DNA of 64,000 nt from Trichinella spiralis (Eukaryota). Location of the stretch: contig NW_003526946.1 in the NCBI RefSeq assembly GCF_000181795.1, positions 423,668 through 487,667 of the forward strand, written 5' to 3'. This document shows positions 1-15,320 of this stretch, one piece after another. Within the stretch, counting starts at the first letter, position 1. Every line of letters starts with the position of its first letter. Both the position numbers and the translations under genes were made by a program. The notes under the pieces were generated by a model, which ran no database searches, was not told where the DNA came from, and was given only the letters and a program-made list of their open reading frames with translations.

Positions 1-2193
1 CATATGTATATCTCCACGTCTTTTCTTTTTCTTTAATTAAACATTTCCAATTTCATAATTTTCAACTTTCATATTCAACTGTAAGTCTTTTTCGTTTCTG
101 CATTATGCTTTATTCTTTTAAAGTAAACCTAGTACTAAAATAACAAATTTTTATATTAATTATTGTAATAAAATAATAGCAAATCTCTAAATAAACTGAA
201 TTTTTATTCTGAAATCTACACTTATAATATAGAAATGTTTTTTGCTAAATTTGCGTTGCACAAAATTATTGTATTATTTTAAACAATCCACTTTTCACAT
301 AACAGTTTGATAATGTGATATAAATAATTTTTGAATACAATTTAATCAATCTAAATAATCCTACATTCTCAAAATTGCATTAAACTGATAACTGTAGATA
401 ATTTATGAATAAGAAAAAGAGATTTTTTCATATCCAATTTTACATTATTGGTCATCAGTGCTTAAATTTGTTTTTTAATTTCAATAAATCTATTCAATTT
501 CTTTAATGAATATCAATTTAACCATCAGAATAAATAATAATGGGAAAATGATCAAAATATATTTTTTAAAATTATAATCTTTGTTCGCATGAAGATATAT
601 TTTGTTTCTTCAACATTTTTAGAAAATAGTTTTTGTGAAGTGTTATAAGCTTTCATCATAAACACATTCAAATTTGAATGAAATCAGTTTTAAGTTATTT
701 TAAAACAGTATTAATTGTAAGATGAAAAATAATGTTGTCTTTATTCATGTTGAATATGATAATATTTATGTTTAAATTACTATTAGAATGTTTATTTTTT
801 ATTGGCTAAATTAAAATTTTCTCAGTGAATTTCAAACTTTTGAGAAAATGAACAAATGAAAAATTTCATAAAGAAATTAAATTTTTCTCTAATTTATTTA
901 TATTTATTGGTGTATTAAAATATTTAATGAAAATATGAAAAAATGAATCCGCCTTAAAATTTGAACAGTAATAAAGTTGATTTGTTTTCTTTTTAAAGTT
1001 AATTTGTTTATTTATTCTCAAACAGTTGTCAGTTATTGATGGTTTAGTTTAACTGAGTTGAAAGTGGAAAGTTACGGATAATTTTAATTTCTGCGACAAT
1101 AATAAGAAGCACGTGACGTTATATGCATATTGATGGCTAGTTTTTTGTTTACTGCAGCAACAGTAGAACCTGAGGAAAGAAGAAAGTGGCCTGTGCTTTT
1201 GAAGATTAACAAAATTATTCGATTTTTGAAACAATAAATAAATTTATTGTTTGTAAATAAAATGTGATGTTTTAAATAAAGTTTCATTGTGGTGTAGTTG
1301 TGAGATTATAAATAAAATTATGCTTTGAATTAAGCAATCTTTTATCACTGATTGGATTGATCTTTGACAAAATGAATTTCATAAAGATTTTTATAAATTT
1401 TATCGAAAATTTTATATTTTTGCTTTCAAACATGATGAAGAAGATTTAAACGGAAACAATTAGCACAAACTGATGTGATGCGAGCAACAATCTTTTCCCT
1501 CCACAAAGTAAATATTTCTGATTGACGAACTGCCATTTGTTAAGCTTATTGTTGCTTTGAAATTAAATTGTTGAAAAGCTGTTTTTTATTTTATTATAAT
1601 CAATATTTAGCATCATATTATTAAGTTTTGTATTTTTGAAAAAAAAATAAAACTGCAAATTATTTTAAAAGGTACTTGATTATCTTTTTCTTTCATTCGT
1701 TAATGAGTGAAAATAAATTTGAAATTACGATCCACAGTGAAAAACTGATGCTGTTTTGGACTGTTTGAAAATGAGCAGCAGGTTTGAAAATAAATATTAT
1801 TATTATTATCATAAATTTTAAAGTTGATTCAAGTGATGAAAATTTGAAACTGCTTTGTCGGCCTCGTATCAAATTTGATTGATTTGCAACAGAGCGATAG
1901 GGGAAATTATGCGTTGAATTTTCAAGTAGCTTTTCGTTTGCTTCGTATGATGGAAATTTATTTATTCACATCTATTAGCAATCTATCGATTATAATTAGC
2001 AATAAAATTACCAAGTGATTTTTTTCAGTTATCTACCATAACTACAATGTATATCAGTGCTTTGATTGAGTAATTTTAATTTTTAATCATGGAAATGTCA
2101 AAGAAGAGAAATAACTTTTTTGAATATTAATAATATTGAAAATATCAAATTTTTTACATTTTTTTTCAAATTCATATCACTTGATAGCATTGC

Positions 2194-2221
2194 GTGTGTG
2201 TGTGTGTGTGTGTGTGTGTGG
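2194..2221. repeat. (GT)n microsatellite
   Basis: Direct reading. Confidence 0.95.
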
Positions 2222-4049
2222 TTGGCATCGTGTGACGTTGATTGAAATTATCGGCTTTTGTTTTGTTTACTTTGTCGGGTGTTGCAGAACCAAATGCTCT
2301 CATTTGACACATTATGATATGCAAAAAAATTTAATTTTAAATTCCAATACATATGCAGCTATTATTAATCAAATATTTGTAAAGATCTTAATTAATTTTC
2401 AAATCATCAACATATAAATAAATAAATATATATATATATATATATTCGATTTTGTTATCAATTTTCAATGGACAGACAGTGTTGTTTTATTTATTGCTTT
2501 CATATTTTTACGAAATTTCACTTACTTCTTTCGTAGACTAATATAAAGTAGACAAACAATGTGAATTGTATGTTTGAATATAATGCAAATAGCTTAATAT
2601 TTAATTTTTTTGGTTAATACTGATATTGTTGCCGATGATATATGTTCAAATTGCTGATTTTCACTTATTATTATTATTATTGATGAATTTATTTTTTAAT
2701 ATTTAAATTTAAATGCCAGTTTAAAATTTTAAAAGTTGAGAGTTACTACAACGAAGGTTTACATGTTGCAGCGTCCAAATTTGTCCTTTATACAAACAGC
2801 TCTTAGCCCGATTATTGATAACACAGTGTGACATTTATTATTTTTTTCAAATTAAAAAAAGTTCATAGGAATTGGTAAAAGAGAAAAAAATATTACAAAA
2901 GATCTGGAAGGAAGATTTCATTTACAGTATAACATTACAATTGGACGGGCTTTGTTGTCATTGTAACTAACACGTTGTACAGTTTTATACTGTTCAGGTA
3001 TTTTTTTTGAATTTTTATTTTTCAATATTATTTTGGCAAACATAAATTTTATGTAAATTTTTTGCCAGCTATTGAGCATTTTTTTTCGCACGTTGCAAAT
3101 CTTTTCATTTTCTGCAAATCTTCATTCATTCCTAATTATCTTATCTATCTCATCAATGAGGACTTCGATTTTTTTTCATTTCAGTTTGTATGTATGTTTT
3201 CCAGCAAGAAATTTTTTTTTCAAAAAATAATATTGATATTTGATAATATTAAATAAAAGTTAAATTCAATTGAAATAATTCACAAAAAAGAGAAAAAGAT
3301 CAAATTTTGTATGCCGCATTAATTTTAATTATTTTAATCCGATAAAGATGCTCATCAATCAATGAAGTGAATAGCAAGTTTTTTTCTTCTTATTTTTCAA
3401 AAAAAGCAAATTTTTGGAATTTTCATCTGAGATAGAATCAATAATGCAATTATTAATTTTTTCATTCATTCATTTGAAGAATGTCTATCATAATTTTTTT
3501 TATTTTGCTTTAATTCAAACATTTATAAATTGCTTTTGACGTTCATCACTTGTGGCATTTTTCATTGATTATTCAACTTGATGAAGCGTTAAACAAAAAT
3601 TTCACATTCAATAATTTGAAAAATGTATTTTAATATGAAAATCAAAAAGATTTTCATTTTGCATATTTTTCTTGTATTGCTTGAAATTTTGTGGGTGGAA
3701 ATTATTTTTTTTTCTTTTTATTATGCTTGATGGTTTTAAATTGTTATCTTGATGCACTTGCCATAATGTCACATGCGTAAAATAAATCATTTGCAAAAAT
3801 CTGCACTTGAACATTGTTCCAAGTGACAAATTTGATATAGTGTAAATTTCTTTATTGACACACACACACACGCGCGTTTGCGTGTGGTGTGTGTTTATCT
3901 GCGTATCTTCTGTATGTGTGTGTGTGTCTGTATGTTAAATTAATGTTGCATAAAATTACACACACACACATGTTTTTGATTTCTTCGTTTAATATTGTTT
4001 TCATAATTATAATTATATATTACTTATTGTAGTTAAGTGTATAATAATA

Positions 4050-6513
4050 ATGGAAAAGAGATGCGAAGTGATAGAGAGAAAAAATTCTTCATCATCCGTT
4101 GATAAGGTGGAAAATGAATTGTTGGACGATGAAGAAGATTTGTCAGGTATGAATTATAAATTATCTTTTTTTTATAATTTGCATAATTTTTTGATATGAA
4201 TTTTTTTATTGTTCTGCTTTTTTATTCCAATTAGATCTTCGTCCTGTACCGCCGGACGGTGGTTTTGGGTGGGTTATTGTTTTTGCAAGCTTCATGGCGA
4301 ACACCATTGTCGACGGTATTGCTTATTCATTTGGTATAATTCTTCCAGAATTGCACAGACATTACAAAGGCACGGTTCAAACTGCGGCATGGGTGGGATC
4401 ACTTCTCACAGGCATGTACATGCTCGTCGGTATGTTCATCCCCTCCCCCCTATATTCTAATAATATAATTAAGTGAACAATTTCTCTTTTACAATAAGGC
4501 CCAGTTGCTGGTGGCCTTGTTAATAAGTTCGGTGCAAGATTTGTGTGCATTGCTGGTGCGGTGATTGCGATGGTCGGTTTTATCATTTCCATCTGGGCAC
4601 CGACTTTACCATTCTTGATGTTTTCTTACGGTATACTAGGAGGTAGAAATTTGAATATGTTTTTTGTTTTGCTTTTGAACAATAGCAATGAAATCCATGT
4701 ACGATTCGAATCTCCTCTTCTCAAGGTATTGGATTCGGCTTCATCTATTTGCCGGCTTGTGTGTTTGTCAGTTATTATTTCGACAAAAAGCGTGCCTTGG
4801 CTACAGGGATTGCCGTATCCGGTAGCGGCTTTGGTACTTTTGTTTTTGCACCAATGACCGTTGCATTGATCGACCATTTCGGCTGGCAAGGGGTACTTTG
4901 GATTTTGGCAGGCTTCATAGCCAACTGTGCCGTCTGCGGTGCACTGCTCTGGCCATTGCCTGCTCCGAGGGGTGCAAAACAGGGGAACCATTCCACAATT
5001 GAACAGCAGCAACACAATATTGAAAATGAAAAATCACGTGAATCACGTTTTTTGTTTTTAAATTTTTTGTGGTTAATTAAAATTAATTATTTTCAGCTTT
5101 GAAAATTCTTCCAAGCATTGAAATTCATCCACCAGAAGAAGCAAATGAATGCAAAAATGAAGAAGAAGAAGAAGAACAAAACAGTAGCATATTTGTTTGT
5201 TGTTATTATTAATTTTCTCTTTTTTTATTACAAAATTATTTAAAAATGGAAAATATGTTTTAAGAAGCAAAAAATAGCAAGAAAAACAAAAAGTGGACTT
5301 CAACTGATGAGAATGTGGTTCCTCTGGTGGATGCGTTCAAAATGAGGAAAACACTGTCATTTCAGCACATATCCGACAAGAAGCAGGCCCAGCCGACAAC
5401 ACTGCGGTGCATTTCTGCTTATTTGATTTACAATTCTGCAAGTGACAACAGTCTGGACAGTCCATTCGATCGGCCGGATGTCTTCTATCCCGGCTCGGTG
5501 GCCAATTTACCTCCTCTTCTACGTACGATCAGCAGTCAATCCAAGGAACGGAAAGTGACCGGAACATCCAAGTTGGAAGCTGTGATCGAGGAACTCGTCG
5601 ATACGGATTTGTTGCCCAACCGGATGAAGAATAAGAAGAAGAAGAAGAAGAAGAGCAAACGCAAATTGCACCACATCCCGAGGACCATATCCCGCGTCTT
5701 GCTCAGCATGATTGATTACCATCTGCTCAAACATCCGTCCATGCTCATCTTGTCCATTGCCAACATTGTTGGCATGCTTGGCTTCTACGTGCCGTTTGTT
5801 TTCTTGGCCAGCTATTCGGACTCGCTTGGAAATACCAAAGAACAAAGTTCACTGTTGTTGTCTGTGATTGGAATTACAAACACCATCGGTAGGATTATTT
5901 TCGGCTGGGTATCCGATCAACACTGGGTTACAGCTTTGACCATAAACAACATTGCTTTGCTTCTCTGTGGTTTGCTCACTTGCCTCTGCGTGGTATTCAC
6001 AACGTACGAACTGTTGATTCTCTACTCAACATTATTTGGATTTTTTATAGGTATTTTCTAATTTTGCAATATGATAATATTGTTTGACAAGTAGATGTTA
6101 TTATTATTATTATTCAACAGTGAGTGATATTGGAAATTTATGTTGATTTATGGAAATTTCTTCATTACAGCACCGTACGTGTCCCTCAGTGCAGTGATTC
6201 TGGTTGAAGAACTCGGTTTGGAAAATTTGACAAATTCTTTCGGACTGTTGACCCTGGCTCGCGGAATTTCAGCAATGGTCGGCAGTCCATTGGGCGGTGA
6301 GCTTTTATTTTTAGTTTTTTTTGAAATTTTAAAATTTTTCAAAATCATCTATTTTTTGCTTTCTCTTATTCTTTAGGAGCAATATTTGACATCACCGGAT
6401 CGTATAAATTTTCATTCTTCTTTGCGGGATCTTTAATATTTATATCCGGATTAATCAGCTATTTGATTCCGTTGCATCATTATATTCAAAATAGAAAAAA
6501 ACGAAAATTATGA
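4050..6513 (+). CDS. Monocarboxylate transporter (SLC16/MCT, MFS), multi-exon gene
   Basis: Exon 4050-4146 splices to 4235 and gives the MCT N-terminal signature PPDGGFGWVIV. Later exons give YFDKKRALATGIAVSGSGFG, FGWQG, a large central loop and GRIIFGWVSD. Last exon 6377-6513 ends in TGA. GT-AG junctions. Confidence 0.9.
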
Positions 6514-8009
6514 TATAAAAAATATAATATTCCCCTTCATTTTAAAATTGTTTCTTTTTTCTATTTCTTTTTTTCTGTGCAATAAATGACAAACTCTATA
6601 AAGCCATCAATCAGCCAATTAATTTATCATATCATAACGTTTATTATTTATTTTTTGTTTGTTTCCACAAAAACATTGTGATCAATTGCATCATGTGCTC
6701 AAAGAAAAATTACTTTAATCACAACATCTTTCTACACATGCGTAAGTTTTTATGATAATTTATGACCTCTTGGTACTACTGATGTACCATATTGTTGTCT
6801 TATAATTGTGGTGAATATTTTTTGGCAAATGTAATTTTGAGAAAAGCATATTTGTTAAAGTTGTTATTTTTTTGTTCTATCATTTGTTTTAGTAAATATA
6901 AAATATGAATTTCAAAAAAATTTTAACCATACAATGAAAATACTCTTGTGAAATAAGCGTTTTTTTTAATTTTCTATAAACAAATCACGATACACAAAAA
7001 TAAACTTATGCTATGGCTAAATGTTGAAAAAATGTATAAATGCATTCGTTGTTTTCAATTCATCACTTTCAACGCTAGTGAAGAAACATTATGTATCTGA
7101 AATTGCTAGCATTAAAAAATGATTTTTTGTTTTTATTCCAATTGGATCGCGTGTATATGATAATTTCCATTTAATTGTGCGTTGTGGTAATAGATGGAGC
7201 GGTATGATGTTATATCAAATTTACTATTAAAAATTTTTCTCATAATATGAAAGCAATCTCTTTTATTGTTTGTTTGCTTGAAATTCAGCTTATGCTCTGC
7301 TTTTGTTCAATTTTGTCATTTTTGATGAAAAGGAACATTGTATAATTTTTGTCCGCTCAGTCAGTCATTACAATGTTTACTATGTTTAAGCAGTACTGAG
7401 TGCTGATGCAAACATCAAAGGCAAAAAGAAGAATCCAATTATGGTCTACTGTTTGCTCAGATGTGTTAAGAGACAGATATTTCTGTTGCATACATATTAA
7501 ATGAATTGTGATCATTAAATGAAATGAATTTTGTTGAATTTTGACGCTGGATTTTTTCTAGTTATAAATCATTTCATCTTTACTAATTTACACAATCATA
7601 TACCAATATTTTTTTAAATTATTTACCCTATCTGTTTTAAATTATTTCGATTTTATCATTCAGTTGTAAACTATGCTAGAATTCTTTTTAACAGTATAAT
7701 TTTTAATGTGATATTTATCTGTTAAAAAAATTTAACAAAAACTAATAATAAAATTGTTTTTAAACAACAGTATCAGAATGTGCATTTTGAAGTTCAGCCG
7801 CTTCAGTTGTTGATACAATACATTTTTGTTTAAAACGTCAAAGTAACTTTCATTTATGTAGCAGAATTCAAGGTGAAATAAAACAATAATATTATACACT
7901 ACAGTAAAACTATTTCATTGATCGTGATAATGTTTATTAGTACAGTATACTGAAAAAATGAGCGATCACATGATATTTGATTTATAATTGCTACTCTGTC
8001 GATAGCGTA

Positions 8010-10332
8010 ATGGATGGAATAAGCTTTTTTGTCAATGGAACCAAAATAAATTTCCCATTTTCACCATATCCTGCTCAAAAAGCTATAATGGATCGAGTAG
8101 GTTATATTTTTGAAATTTTTTTGTGACAAACAACTAAATATAATGAAATTAATATGTGAACAAATTTTTTCCATACTTTATTTGTATAAGTGTATACTTT
8201 TTTTCGTATAAATAAAATAATTTAAATATTAATGTGAAATTTTAATTGTCACCGAATTTGCTTGCTGTACAAGCAATATCTTAAGTGTGTTTTATTTTAA
8301 AATTATAGACACTGCGAACTCTGAAACATTCTCAGAATTGTCTGGTTGAAAGTCCAACTGGCACTGGAAAAAGCTTGGCGTTGCTTTGTGCAGCGTTAGC
8401 TTGGCAAAGAGAATTTTCAAGTATTCCACTAATTTGAATAAAGTGAAATTATTAGTGAAATTATTTATTCAAAGGTGCGCAGGGCTCAGAAATTGCCATG
8501 CAGTTGGTGCCAAATTTAAATGAATCCCATGATGAAGTTGACTGTAACTCAGAACTGTCTGAAGGTTTTGCACTTTCTTTGCACGTTTTTATCATAAAAC
8601 ATATTAACAATTTAGAGATCATCTGTTCCCCGAATTGTAAGAGAAAGAACATGGATAAATTTTCTACGGTAATACTTATTACTTAGAGAATTGTTTTTTT
8701 TTTAATGTATGTGAATTTGAAAATGAAGTGATTTAATTTTGTTATATATGTTGCTGAAATACTATTATTTTTCATTAATTTAGAATAAATCACAATGTTC
8801 GGCTGCAAATTCAGCAGCATGTCAGAAAAGGCGAGTTCCGAAAATTTTCTATGCCACTCGAACACATAAGCAATTATCACAAATGATTCGAGAATTGAAG
8901 AAAACTGAATACAAAAATGTTCGGTATATGAAAATCAGATTGAATTATATTGTCGAAGAGTTTTCAGTGTGGATTTTTCATTTTCAGAATGACCATCATG
9001 GCCAGTCGTGATTTTACTTGTTTAAACGACAAAGTGAACAATCATTGTGACAAAGCAGCCGCCTGTTTGCAAGTGAAAGATGTACTAGAAATATTCTTGC
9101 AATTTCTATTGATAGTATTTATGAAAAAAAAATTCAAAAAATGAAAATAAATAGAACGCAAAATCTAAATTTAAACTGCAATTTATATAATTGTTGAAAA
9201 TAATTATTTTCTGTTATCATTTATTATTAAATGAAATTCCTTTTTGTTTTATTTTTTGCAAATTGCTCAAATAATAATCTTGCATAAATCATTCAACATG
9301 TAAAATTAATTATTTTTTCTTTTTCAGAAAAATTGTTCATATTACAAGGGATTGCAAGCATTTGGACAAGAAACAAGCATGTTGAGAAAGCATGTGCAAT
9401 CGTCGAAGAAAAGAGTCAAAGATATTTGGGAAATTATTGAGGAAAATGATGATTTTGCGTGGGATATTGAAGAATTGGTTGAGGCAGGTCGTAAATTGAA
9501 TTTTTGTCCATATTTCGCGTCTGTGGATAACATGTATCAAGATGCCAATTTAATATTTTGTCCATACGGCTATCTGATTGGTCAGAGATATTTTTGTAAA
9601 TTTTATCTTCATTATTGCAATAATTGTATTAAGATCCGGTAGTGCGCAGTTCGAGTAATATAAATTTAAAAGGGCAAGTGATCATTTTCGACGAAGCTCA
9701 CAATATGGAAGATGAATGCTGTGAGAAGGCAAGCTTTCAAATTACCAAACAAGAATTAGTCGATGCTGTCGAATATTTATCTTCTATCGGTTTGTTTTGC
9801 CAACTTCATTTGTATTATGCTTTAATCAAAAATTTTTCAGAGGAGTTGGTACCTGAAAGCAAGAAATCTTTACAGGATAATTGTACAGAGTTGGTGAAAT
9901 CTGTGATTGAATGGATTGACAAAAAGAGTGTAATTGAAGAAATGACAAATCACAGTGAAAAGTTTTATACGAAAATTTGGTCTGGTCGTGCAATGTACGC
10001 AGAATTGCAAGAGATGAAGCTTCATTATGACGCTGGAAACATTCTCCAAGTAGTGTATTATTATTGTCAGTGTTCAATAATACTGTTGGATGTTATTTTT
10101 ATTTGTTCTGTTTTGTTTGAATTCGATTTTAGAAAGCTATTCAAAAGTTCGACAGTGTATTTAAACCTGACAATTCATTGAATGTCACCGGAACAATATT
10201 TGAGAAGAAGCATGACAATCAGCCTCTGACAGTTTTGGAAAAACTGATTTTAATACTGAAATATATTTACAAAGATTATCGTTTAACACCGACTGATTCA
10301 TATGATTGCTACAGTTACAAGTTTGTGCATAT

Positions 10333-10384
<52 letters not shown>

Positions 10385-11619
10385 AATTGATTATTAACTG
10401 ATCTATGTGTGAGAATTTATTTTAGACTTTGTTTAAAAAAAGAAAAATTATCCGGCTTTACGTTTAATTCAGCCGAAGGTTGGCTTTCTAAAAAACGTTT
10501 GAATTGTTTTGTCGATTCAATCAACTTTTGGTGTATGAATCCGGGAATTGTAAATGTTTTTGATGTTTTTTTCTTAATTTTGAGATGTTTGTTGAAATTA
10601 AATTCTGCATTCATAGATTTTCCATGATATTAGTTCGTCAGCGAGATCAGTCATTCTCGCATCCGGTACTTTGGCTCCTTTGAAAACGTATGCAAATGAG
10701 CTGGGACTTCCTTTTCAGTATTTACTCGAAGCCCCTCACGTAATATTACCAGATCGGGTGTGGATCGGTGCAACTGGTGTGGTCAGTAATTTTCGTGAAT
10801 GAAAGTTTTGTTTGATTTCGATTTTTTGCTTTTCAGGGTCCCAAACATGTGCCATTGAAAGCAACTTATCAATTAGCCCAGTCGACAGAATTTCAGGATG
10901 AATTGGGCAGATTGCTGATTGAAATTTGCAAAGTAACACCAGATGGTGTGTTGTGCTTTTTACCTTCTTATACTTTCATTGATTGTTTGCTGACGCGTTG
11001 GAAAAAGGTTCCTCCTAGTTGTAATTTCCAAGTGAACAGCAGTTTGTGGTCTCAGTTGAACGTCTACAAAATGGTTGTGGTAGAACCACGTAAAAATGGC
11101 TCTGATGTACGTTTGATTATGGATCGGTTTACTGAAACAATCAAAGATCCCAAAAAAGTAGGTCCAAAGTGCAATGGTGCTTTGTTGCTTGCCGTATATC
11201 GTGGCAAAATATCAGAAGGTGTAGATTTTGCTGATCAACAAGCTCGAGCAGTTGTTACCGTTGGCATACCGTATCCGGATATGGAAGATATGCGAATACG
11301 ATTGAAGATACAATACAACAATGAACGTTTGAAGAATGCTAAGCGCATTGCAGAAATGGCACCTCTAATATCAGGTAATCAGTGGTACCAGGCGCAAGCA
11401 TTCAGAGCGTTGAATCAAGCTTTGGGTCGTTGTTTGCGACACAAGCTAGATTGGGGTGCTCTTTTATTGGTCGATTCACGCTTTCAAAATGCTGAATATT
11501 CTTGCAATCTTTCTACTTGGATACGTAAAAATTTGCGTTGTTACGATCGTTTTGACCAAATGATATGCAACTTGCAAACATTCGTTGCACGTTTCGGCGC
11601 AAACAAAATCAACGAATGA
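8010..11619 (+). CDS. BRIP1: FANCJ/BRIP1 (dog-1-like) Fe-S cluster DEAH DNA helicase, multi-exon gene
   Basis: Q-motif FPFSPYPAQ, Walker [10 protein letters not shown] (~8348), four Fe-S Cys positions (SRDFTC, AAC, NCSYY, FCPYF), DEAH (IIFDEAHN), [13 protein letters not shown] and motif [32 protein letters not shown]. This motif VI is FANCJ-type rather than RTEL1-type. Confidence 0.85.
10337..10380. repeat. (AT)n microsatellite in a helicase intron
   Basis: Direct reading. Confidence 0.95.
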
Positions 11620-12485
11620 TCCAAGCAAATAGGTTTGTTTTTTTCTGCTTTCCATCACCTTCCATATTCTGTGTCAAATCTTATGCTAAAAAATTATTTA
11701 TTTATATTTTTATTCATTTGTTTTCCATATTTTGCATTTGAACCAGTTGATGTTTTATAGCATTTGAAAATAGTTCTTAGTCAGAATGTGTGTGTTTTAC
11801 AAATTTGCTTATTTTATATTGTTTTATTTCTTAGGTTATTTGTTCATCACAGCTTGGCATAAGCAACTGTGTACTATATTACAGAATATAAAAGTTGTTA
11901 TGTTCATTATTTATGCTGTCATACTTAAATAAATAAACCTTACCAGTGACACGGTCTGAGCTTAAGAATTAATTAAATTTAATTAAGTATTTCAAAATAT
12001 TTGAATTTTATTGTTATTCAATACCATAATAACATAATAATATCTGTCGTTCACAGTTATTATATATTGTATAATGCAGCTTAATAAGATGGAAATCAAG
12101 TGACATTTTCTATATATTATTTCAATATGTTACATTTTTAATGATTAATTGGGCGTTTTTCATTTAATATAACTTATGCAACATCAACAAAATTGCGCTT
12201 GTAAATGATGGTGATTTAAATGTTGTAATGATTTTTATGCAATAAATGAGCGTGTAATTTTAAGATTTCTGTTCAAGAAAAGCTTCACAGTGTATAATGA
12301 AAGAATATCAACATTGTCTTCATGATGTACAACATGACTAAAGTAAGTCTTATATTTCATTGTCTTACTTCAATTTAATATTACTATCAGAACAAAACTT
12401 CAAAAAAAACTCTATGAAGGATCAAGTATAATTTGTACGTTTTGCAATGTCATAATTTCATTTTTATTACATACACCATAAAGAA

Positions 12486-13968
12486 TTATTTATTGCATGG
12501 CAGAACATTAGACGCTGCTTGACTAAACGCATTATAAACATTAGCATTCTCTATGCAAACAGCAGCACCAGGCACCTTTTTTTCAGAATTCTAAATGCAA
12601 TATATATATATACTACAATAAATATTGAATTCAATTTATTCAGTTTAGTTACTTTGTAATCATTTGTTGTAAGGCAAACAGTATTCTTTCCTTCCACTAA
12701 TGCCCATCTTGCGCTATCAGCTTCACGGCTTACTTGATTATCAGCAAACTGTATTGGGGAATCTATTTTTTGAAGTTTGTATTGTCCTTTACAAATCGAT
12801 TTGGATTTTGCATCAGAAGGTGCCCATATTCTTATGTTAGCTGATAGTTTATTTCTCAAAACTCTTCCATAAATATCTGAACGACAATATTGAATAATAT
12901 TGCTTTTCAAAATGCAATAAATAAAAATTACCAGCAAATGATTTTGAATGCTTTCCAAAAGCTTGAATATTTGCTTGAACTTGTGCATTTTTTGTTACAA
13001 ATTTTGCATGCTCCAGGAAGGGTGTCACTCGAATCTCAACTCCATTTACCAAATTAGATAATTCTTTATGCTGATTCAAAATATCAGCAGGCAAATTATT
13101 TGCATATATATATGGCTCTTGGTATCGAATCGCTTTTCCTATAAATTCCAGTTTTATTAAATTCATGATAAAATATTTGAATGGAAAAATACGCTTGTTA
13201 ATGAATATTCAAAAAAGCATTTGAGCTGCTTTAAGAAAGCAGCATAATAATACCAACAGAATTTAAGAATTCTTCTTTGAAGGACAAACATAAAAATATG
13301 TGCCCCTTCGCTGTTTCTGTCTGTGGCCAAGAATAACCTCCAAGATGTGCCAAAAAATTAGGCACAGTGTGGACGAACCATGCAGCGGCATCATTTTGTC
13401 TTTTATCGATTAAAAGAACTCCTACAAAATGATGTATGACTTTATTTCAATGCAATATTATTGCAGCAGAATATTTTTGAAAATGAAATCACCTTTCGCT
13501 TTGCTTTTTCGATTTTTTGCAGGTATGTTTGGTGGATCATCGTTATATGCAAGAACTTTGATTTGTGGATCGTTCTGCACATAATGAACCATAGTTCTTG
13601 CGATCGACTGTCCAGGGGTAACATCAATAGATGCCGCTGAATTGCTCCATCGAGGATTTACCTCTGATTTCATAATTTTTGTATTTAGACCATTTGGAGG
13701 TTTGTACACAAAATACCTTAAAGTTAATCGATTCTACTTAAAAAATAGAGAGCAGAACAAAAATTATTAATATATTAATGTGGTTAATACAGTTTTCAAA
13801 TTTCGATGTTTATTATAAAAAGCTTTATAAATAGAACGAATTTCAACAGACAAGCTTCTCATGATCATACCAATCTACATCAAAGTCATTATCATCCTTG
13901 CATGTTGCAACTTGCGCAGTGCAACTTTTCAACGAAATGAAGATGACAATTATGGTAGTAAGCATCAT
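12486..13968 (-). CDS. DNase II family secreted protein, copy G1 (6 exons)
   Basis: Signal peptide MMLTTIIVIFISLKSCTAQ, then CKDD..VDW|YFVYKPP, AYNDDPP, SKAKGVLL, WFVHTVP, GHIFLCLS, ADSARW. Confidence 0.9.
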
Positions 13969-14529
13969 TCTAATCAATTGTGAACAATAGACATTTCAGT
14001 AATTTTCTTTCTTATATGTTTTCCTTTATTTATGCCGCTCACTTATGTAAAATAATATAACTTTATGTTTATGCTTGGAAGTTTAACTCTGTTTATTTAT
14101 TTTGTCAGTTATAATGCAGCAGCAATTAATGGATACTGTTTACTTAAATATGAAACAGTGAACAGAACCATCGACGTTGCACCTTTTTATTTATCAGTAT
14201 TAGTGATTGCATTATGCTATTAACAGAAGCTTTCATAAAGTGTCAACATGAGGTTAATTTGTTATTAATGTAATCACATGACTATTTACGGTTATTATTA
14301 TCTTATGTAGTACTCTTAATAAATTTGTGAACAAAATAATTGAAAGCAAAATAATTAAAAATAATTTTTGCTATATCTTGTTATTTTACAATATTTTGTT
14401 AACTTCATCATAAGTAATATGCATTTTTCATCTCTGCTGGTGATGACATGCAGTTCAAGATTAGCAGCAATGTCAATTTATTTTAGCCATTTTTGTTGTT
14501 CAAAATTTTCATTAAAATGTATATCTTTC

Positions 14530-14570
14530 GTCTGAGCAGCAGAAGGTGCCCATATTCTGCATCAGCTGAC
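14530..14570 (-). pseudogene. Short DNase II exon-5 relic
   Basis: CAGAAGGTGCCCATATTCT matches the RIWAPS-coding segment of neighbouring copies; no other exons nearby. Confidence 0.45.
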
Positions 14571-15284
14571 TTTTTTCCATTTCTTTATGTTGAACCACTT
14601 TTAAATGGAATTCCTTAATTTCCATAATAACATTAATCCATATTATAATTGAAAACATTATGTGAATGTTGTAATGTATAACTTGTATTGTAATTTTCTA
14701 TATTTGATAGCTTACAGTTTTGAGCATTTAGAAAAGTTGCTGAATATTTATTTATATTTGAAAAAATTTTTATTAAAGGTTGTTAATTAAAGAAAACATT
14801 TTTATGATTTGTGGTCAAAAAGAAGCAAAATAGTTATCTTACGTTTATTTATTATCTGTTCTTATTTAATGTATCTGATTACTTGACTGTGTTTCAGAAT
14901 AAACATGTTTCATTTCACCTATCTGAAATTTAAGTTTTATCAGTGTAATCATTTATGCTGTGATTGGAAAATATGACAGTTTTATAACTAGAGTTTATAG
15001 AAATACGCGAACGACCAGACATTTGCTTACCATTAGGTTATGAGAAAACCACGAATAATTTATATTGTTAGCAGACAAGAAATCAACAAATACACAGAAT
15101 ATCAAATTCACAGGATCGATAAAAAAAGTAGCTCGATGTCGTTGTACGAGGGGGTATTCCGCTAAATGGGATCTTGCTAAGTAGAATTTGAAAGTAGATG
15201 TTCAGGAATGTTGCTTCAAAAAAGTTGTTGCAATTCTTAGTTTTGCAACCAGATGTTTCGCAAAATTTTATTCATGCATTAAAC

Positions 15285-15320
15285 CAGTGGTTCTCAACCT
15301 TTTTTTCCCCATGCACCCTT
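15285..15320 (+). mobile_element. Single end of a Buster/Charlie-type hAT element
   Basis: CAGTGGTTCTCAACC shares 13 bp with the hAT end at 60849 and is preceded by CATTAAAC (NNNTANNN target pattern). No partner end found. Confidence 0.5.

Noticed and set aside
1..4000. Short ORFs and GT/CA/TA runs upstream of the transporter
   Set aside because: Low-complexity AT-rich translations with no family signal; untranslated exons cannot be excluded.
15145..15165. TACGAGGGGGTATT resembling a mariner terminus
   Set aside because: No matching inverted end or transposase found.
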